Shown: in pieces, positions 59,637 through 64,000 of the stretch
How positions within the stretch are numbered: the stretch's first letter is position 1
Layout: each line of letters begins with the position of its first letter
Origin: Halorarum halobium
GTDB lineage: Archaea > Halobacteriota > Halobacteria > Halobacteriales > Haloferacaceae
Assembly (NCBI RefSeq): GCF_032116555.1
Contig: NZ_CP134951.1
Coordinates: forward strand, 1-64,000
Length of the DNA: 64,000 bases
Reading direction: 5' to 3'
The notes under the pieces: generated by a model
What the model saw: the letters and a program-made list of their open reading frames with translations, nothing else
The model's database searches: none
Told to the model about the DNA's origin: nothing
Position numbers and translations under genes: made by a program

Positions 59637-60712
59637 GCGAGCTGACGGTGCTCGTCACCGGCTGTGGCGCGCCGGGGTTCCCGGGGACCCGCTGGTCGCT
59701 CCACGAAAACGGGGTCGACCGCGACGTGCGCGTCGTCGGCACGGACGTCCGGACCGAGCAGGCCGGCCGCCATCTCGCCGACGGGTTCCACCAGGTCCCC
59801 CCGGCCGACGACGAGGGGTTCGTCGACGAACTCGTCGACGTCTGCACGACCGAATCCGTCGACGTCGTCCTCCCGCAGGTGACACGGGAGCTCCCGGTGC
59901 TGTCGGCCCGGACGGCGGCGTTCGAGCGCGTCGACGCCGCGGTCGCCGTCTCCGGGGCGGACGCCATCGCGCGCGCGAACGACAAGAAAAAACTCATCGA
60001 GGTCTGCGAGGAGGTCGGCGTCCCCGCGCCCGAGACGTACGCCGCGGAAACGATCGGCGAACTGGAAGCCGCGTGCGACCGTCTCGGCTACCCCGAGACG
60101 CCGGTCGTCGTCAAGCCGCCGGCCTCGAACGGGAGCCGGGGGGTGCGAATCTTCGACGAGGACAGGGACCGGAAGCGGGCGTTCTACGAGGAGAAGCCGA
60201 CCGGGCTCTACAGCACGCTCGGCACGTTCCGGGAGACGATGGGCGAGTCGTTCCCCCGCCTGCTCGTCATGGAGCACCTACCGGGCGCGGAGTTCACCGT
60301 CGACGCGTTCCACCCGCCCGACGGCGGCGAGCCGACGGTGGCGATCCCCCGCCGGCGCGACGAGGTCCGCGGGGGCATCAGCTTCCGGAACACCGTCACC
60401 GAGCACGGGGCGATCATCTCCCACGCCGAGCGGCTCGCGCGCGAACTCGACCTGTCGTACGCGTTCGGGTTCCAGTTCAAGCTCGACGGGGACGGGACGC
60501 CGAAGATCCTGGAGTGTAACCCCCGGATCCAGGGGACGATGGTGACGAGCACGCTCGCGGACGCGAACGTCACCTACGCGGCGGCCGCGAGCGCGGCCGG
60601 CGAGCCGGTGCCGTCGTTCGACCCCGCCTGGGACCGCTCGTTCTACCGGTACTGGGGCGGCATCGGTACGGCGGACGACGAGGTCGTCGGGAACATCGGC
60701 GAGCAACCATGA
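59633..60712 (+). CDS. ATP-grasp ligase
   Basis: VLVTG.G.PG, ANDK, VVKP..SNGSRG, EHLPG.EFTVD, QFK...G.PKILECNPR. Confidence 0.87.
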   Translation: MSELTVLVTGCGAPGFPGTRWSLHENGVDRDVRVVGTDVRTEQAGRHLADGFHQVPPADDEGFVDELVDVCTTESVDVVLPQVTRELPVLSARTAAFERVDAAVAVSGADAIARANDKKKLIEVCEEVGVPAPETYAAETIGELEAACDRLGYPETPVVVKPPASNGSRGVRIFDEDRDRKRAFYEEKPTGLYSTLGTFRETMGESFPRLLVMEHLPGAEFTVDAFHPPDGGEPTVAIPRRRDEVRGGISFRNTVTEHGAIISHAERLARELDLSYAFGFQFKLDGDGTPKILECNPRIQGTMVTSTLADANVTYAAAASAAGEPVPSFDPAWDRSFYRYWGGIGTADDEVVGNIGEQP

Positions 60713-61365
60713 AGCGGTGGCGGCGCTACGACGGGCGGCTCGCCAGCGGCCTCTGGCACGTCCACACCGAGCGGACCGACGGCGAGAACTCCGTCACCGA
60801 ACTCGTCGCGTTCGCGGACGACCGCGGGTTCCCGCTGCTGGGCATCACCGAACACGTCCGGCGCGAGCCCACGTACGACTTCGACGCGCTCTACGAGGAG
60901 GGAAAGCGGGCGGCCGCGGCCGCGGACCTGGAGTGTGCGGTCGGCTGTGAGGCCAAGGTGCTCGACGCCGACGGGACGCTCGACGCATCGGAGGGGACGC
61001 TCGACCGCGCCGACGTCGTGTACGCCGCCTACCACGGGACGCCGTTCTCCAGGGACGAGTACCTCGAATCGGTGCACGCGATGCTGGAGAACCCCGCGGT
61101 CGACGTCTGGGCCCACCCGTGGTCCTACGCCGACGGGCAGGGGTACGAAATCGACGCGGACGAGCGGGCGGCGGTCCTCGAAGCGGTGCGCGAGAACGAC
61201 GTGCTGTTCGAACTGAACGTGCAGCGTCCGCCGGACGGGTTCGACCCGCGCACGGAACTGCGCGACGTCCGGACGGTCGTCGGCTACGACCTGCACGACC
61301 TCGACCGGTGGCAGGGAAAAAACGAGCGCGTGGGCCGGAGTGAACCGGAAGACATCGAGAAGTAG
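60709..61365 (+). CDS. PHP-domain phosphoesterase-like protein
   Basis: HVHT..TDG, ITEH, GCE, YH, AHP, FELN, D.H. Confidence 0.82.
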   Translation: MKRWRRYDGRLASGLWHVHTERTDGENSVTELVAFADDRGFPLLGITEHVRREPTYDFDALYEEGKRAAAAADLECAVGCEAKVLDADGTLDASEGTLDRADVVYAAYHGTPFSRDEYLESVHAMLENPAVDVWAHPWSYADGQGYEIDADERAAVLEAVRENDVLFELNVQRPPDGFDPRTELRDVRTVVGYDLHDLDRWQGKNERVGRSEPEDIEK

Positions 61366-61504
61366 CGTCCCGTCAGCGGGGTGAATGGAACCACGACGGG
61401 CGGGTCGCTCCCGCGCCGTCGGGGCGCGTCGCGCTCGTGTCACGGCGGGTCCGTCCCGCGTCGTTTCGGAGGGCCGGGCGGTCCGGACTGGCGTCGTCGC
61501 CGGC

Positions 61505-61723
61505 CTACACCATCGTTTCGAGCTCGCAGACCGAGTCGGGGTCCGCGACGATGAACGCGTTCTCCCGGAGCAGGTCCTCGTCCGAGGGGAGCACCAGCAT
61601 GTGCTCCTTCTCACCGTCCGAGGAGCGTAGCACGTCGAGCTCCAGGAATCGGTAGCCGAGGTCGCCCTCGAGGTCCGGGTCCCGCGGGAGCTGCTCCCAG
61701 TCGCGGTGGGTCACGCTGCTCAT
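61505..61723 (-). CDS. Small acidic hypothetical protein
   Basis: 72 aa, DLGY, LPSDEDLLRENAFIVAD; starts 1 nt after the upstream stop. Confidence 0.7.
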   Translation of the reverse strand: MSSVTHRDWEQLPRDPDLEGDLGYRFLELDVLRSSDGEKEHMLVLPSDEDLLRENAFIVADPDSVCELETMV

Positions 61724-61724
61724 C

Positions 61725-63665
61725 TCAGGCGTTCCGGTTGACGTTCACTTCCGCGTCGCCGTCGACGGTCATTGCCGTCAGGCTGCCCGAGAAGTTGTAC
61801 GCGTCGACGCCGTTGCCGACCACGCCGATGACCTTCCCGTCGCGGGCGATGTCGTTCATCTCGTCCCACGGCATCGAGTCGTCCGTGACGACGCTCTGCT
61901 CCTGGTTCCGGTTGACCTGGCCCGACACGGTGAACGTGTACTGGGTGCCCTGGCCGGCGCCTTCGACGAGGAGGACGTGCGGCGTTTCCCCGCCGTCGCC
62001 GCCGTCGGAACCGTCGCTGCCGTCCGAGCCATCGGACCCGTCGGATCCGTCACTGCCGTCGCTCCCGTCGGATCCGTCACTGCCGTCCGACCCGTCCGAC
62101 CCGTCGCCGCCGGAGTCGTCCGAGCCATCGGAACCGTCGCTTCCGTCTCCGCCGCTGCCGTTGTTGCCGTCGCCGCCGGCACCGACGACCTCGTCGATGG
62201 GCATCGTCGTCCCGTCGACCGACACGTCGACCGCGTAGCCGTCGTCCTTGGCGTAGCCCAGCACCTCGCCGTTGAACTCGAACGAGTCCAGCTCGTCGGG
62301 GCCGAGGTCGTTGACCTTGATCACCGTGTTCCCGTCGGCGTTCGTGCCGATCGAGTCGGGCGAGTCGCTGCCGGACTCAGCATGCTCGCCGAGCTTCGCC
62401 TCGCCGGAGACGACGAAGTCGAGGTCGAAGTCGCCCGGGATCGCCGAGTCCGAGATCGGGTTGTCGGGCCCGCCGTGCAGGACGAGCGTGTGGTCGTACT
62501 CGGTCGGCTGCTGGTCCTCGTCGTCGCCGACGTCGCCCGAGGACGTGCCGTCCCACGGGCCGATGTCGGGGCCGACCCCCTCGATCTCGTCGGCGACCGC
62601 GTAGCCAGTGACCGCCGAGGGCAGCGGGAAGGAGACCTCGCCGTCGGCCGCGAGGTCGGACTCGCTGACGCCGCCGGCCTGGAACTCGTAGCTGCCGGGG
62701 CCGGTGGCGACGCAGTTCTCGACGGTGACGTCCATGCCGCCGCCGGACTTGTCGCGGACCAGCACCTGGTCCGTCTCGTTGTAGAACGTGCAGTTGCGGA
62801 TCGTGACCGACGAGCCCGCCGCCTCGTCGTGGAGCTCGATCGGGTTGCTCGCGCCGTCGACGTCGAGGTTGATGAAGTAACAGTTCTCGATGAGGAGGTT
62901 GCCGGGTTCGCGCAGCCGCACGCCGCGGGCGTTCGGAACGCCCTCCGCGTCCGACCGCACGTCCCGCGTCACCGCGATGAGGCTGTTGCGGACCACGGTC
63001 GTCTCGCTCATCGGGTCGCTCGTCCGGTGGCCGACGCGGATGTTGGCGATGTTGTTGTTGACCGCGGCGCAGTTCTCGTACAGCATCGGGATCTTGTCGG
63101 TGTACGCGCCGTTGTTGGCCATCCACGCCCACGCGGAGTTACGGACGACGGCGGGCTCGCTGCCGTTCGATCCGTCGGGGTTGAACAGCGCTCGATCCTC
63201 CAGCTGGCCGCCGCCCTCGGGCCAGATGAACCCGTTCAGCTCGCTGCCGCGAACGAGGTCGAGTCCGGCCTTCGGTTCGGGGTTCTCCCCGCGGACGACG
63301 ATGTTCTCGACGCGCCCGGCGACGGTGCCGTCCATCGTGTCGGACTCGAGGTTCAACACGACGTCGCCGGGTTCGCCCCCGCCGACGAGCGCGTCGCCCG
63401 AGCCGATCGAGAGCGACTCCCAGGTGTACTCGCCCGGTTCGACGACGACCTCGCCGTCGGGGCTGGCCGTGAACGACGACTGGGCCGCCGCCCCGCCGGT
63501 GAGCGTTCCCACGGATCCCAGCGTCACCGCCGCGGCCGCCGCGCCCTTGAGGACCGAGCGCCGGGAACTGCTCCCCGGCTCCCCCGCGGTCGACCCTTCG
63601 GTATCGCGCTGTTCGTCGGTAACGTCTCCCTTCTCGGCTGCCTCGTCGTTGTGGCGTTTCGCCAT
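61725..63665 (-). CDS. Tat-secreted acidic beta-helix protein with (DGS)n linker and C-terminal beta domains
   Basis: SRRSVLK signal; NNGAY, NNNIANIR, IENC/IRNC repeats; DGSDGS tract; Y.FTVSG..G.VG.G.DAY.FSG tail. Confidence 0.82.
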   Translation of the reverse strand: MAKRHNDEAAEKGDVTDEQRDTEGSTAGEPGSSSRRSVLKGAAAAAVTLGSVGTLTGGAAAQSSFTASPDGEVVVEPGEYTWESLSIGSGDALVGGGEPGDVVLNLESDTMDGTVAGRVENIVVRGENPEPKAGLDLVRGSELNGFIWPEGGGQLEDRALFNPDGSNGSEPAVVRNSAWAWMANNGAYTDKIPMLYENCAAVNNNIANIRVGHRTSDPMSETTVVRNSLIAVTRDVRSDAEGVPNARGVRLREPGNLLIENCYFINLDVDGASNPIELHDEAAGSSVTIRNCTFYNETDQVLVRDKSGGGMDVTVENCVATGPGSYEFQAGGVSESDLAADGEVSFPLPSAVTGYAVADEIEGVGPDIGPWDGTSSGDVGDDEDQQPTEYDHTLVLHGGPDNPISDSAIPGDFDLDFVVSGEAKLGEHAESGSDSPDSIGTNADGNTVIKVNDLGPDELDSFEFNGEVLGYAKDDGYAVDVSVDGTTMPIDEVVGAGGDGNNGSGGDGSDGSDGSDDSGGDGSDGSDGSDGSDGSDGSDGSDGSDGSDGSDGSDGGDGGETPHVLLVEGAGQGTQYTFTVSGQVNRNQEQSVVTDDSMPWDEMNDIARDGKVIGVVGNGVDAYNFSGSLTAMTVDGDAEVNVNRNA

Positions 63666-64000
63666 ACCCGGTAGGAAGTGGTTTCCTGAAAAGCCGTTTC
63701 GACCAGCTCCGGCCTACTATCGGGTAATACCGCCCTACTTGTGGACGGATGCCGACCGACTGGTTACCAGTTCTCGACCGGCTCTCGTTGGTCGTAGGTA
63801 CGAGTCAGTTAATCCCGGCCGGGACGCGGTGAGCGGAACTAGGAGCGTGTTACTCGTGGTAGGGACCATCAACCCGCGACGGGCCGAACTCGCCCCCGTC
63901 CTACACGCGCCTTACTACGGGAGTAAAAGCCGCTTACCGGGGACGAGAGATGCTAACCCGGCGATCGCCACGGCTGGAGACGCCCCACAGCTCACGCTTC

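Noticed and set aside
1..64000. Mobile elements, proviral genes, defence systems, tRNA/rRNA
   Set aside because: No transposase, integrase, capsid, nuclease/methylase or structural RNA signature was recognised

Overview
High-GC haloarchaeal DNA with acidic proteins, Tat signal peptides, a PGF-CTERM tail and HalOD1/HTH_10-type genes. It is probably from a secondary replicon (megaplasmid or minichromosome). Left part: a ParA partition cassette, an MFS transporter, a lipoprotein with a membrane-anchored ArsR regulator, a complete histidine-utilisation operon (hutU-G-I-H) with a transporter and regulator, a prolyl oligopeptidase and a phosphoribosyltransferase. At 16.9-19.9 kb, an orc1/cdc6 gene sits inside a replication origin with nine 20-bp ORB-like repeats and an AT-rich unwinding element. 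From about 22 kb to the end lies a surface-glycan/EPS locus: glmS, phosphohexomutase, nucleotidyltransferase, GT2/GT4, flippase, a WbpA/B/E/D-like diacetamido-uronic-acid pathway, two FemAB-like GNATs, deacetylases, an ATP-grasp ligase, secreted beta-helix/PKD/ferritin-like proteins and membrane-tethered HTH regulators. The most striking unexplained signals are (1) a non-canonical promoter-position motif, TWAC(A/T/G)AW, 31-35 nt upstream of start codons throughout the glycan locus and (2) many short leader or bridge ORFs whose stop codons overlap the start codons of the real genes. No rRNA, tRNA, CRISPR array or transposase was recognised. All product calls come from motif recognition by eye, not database searches.
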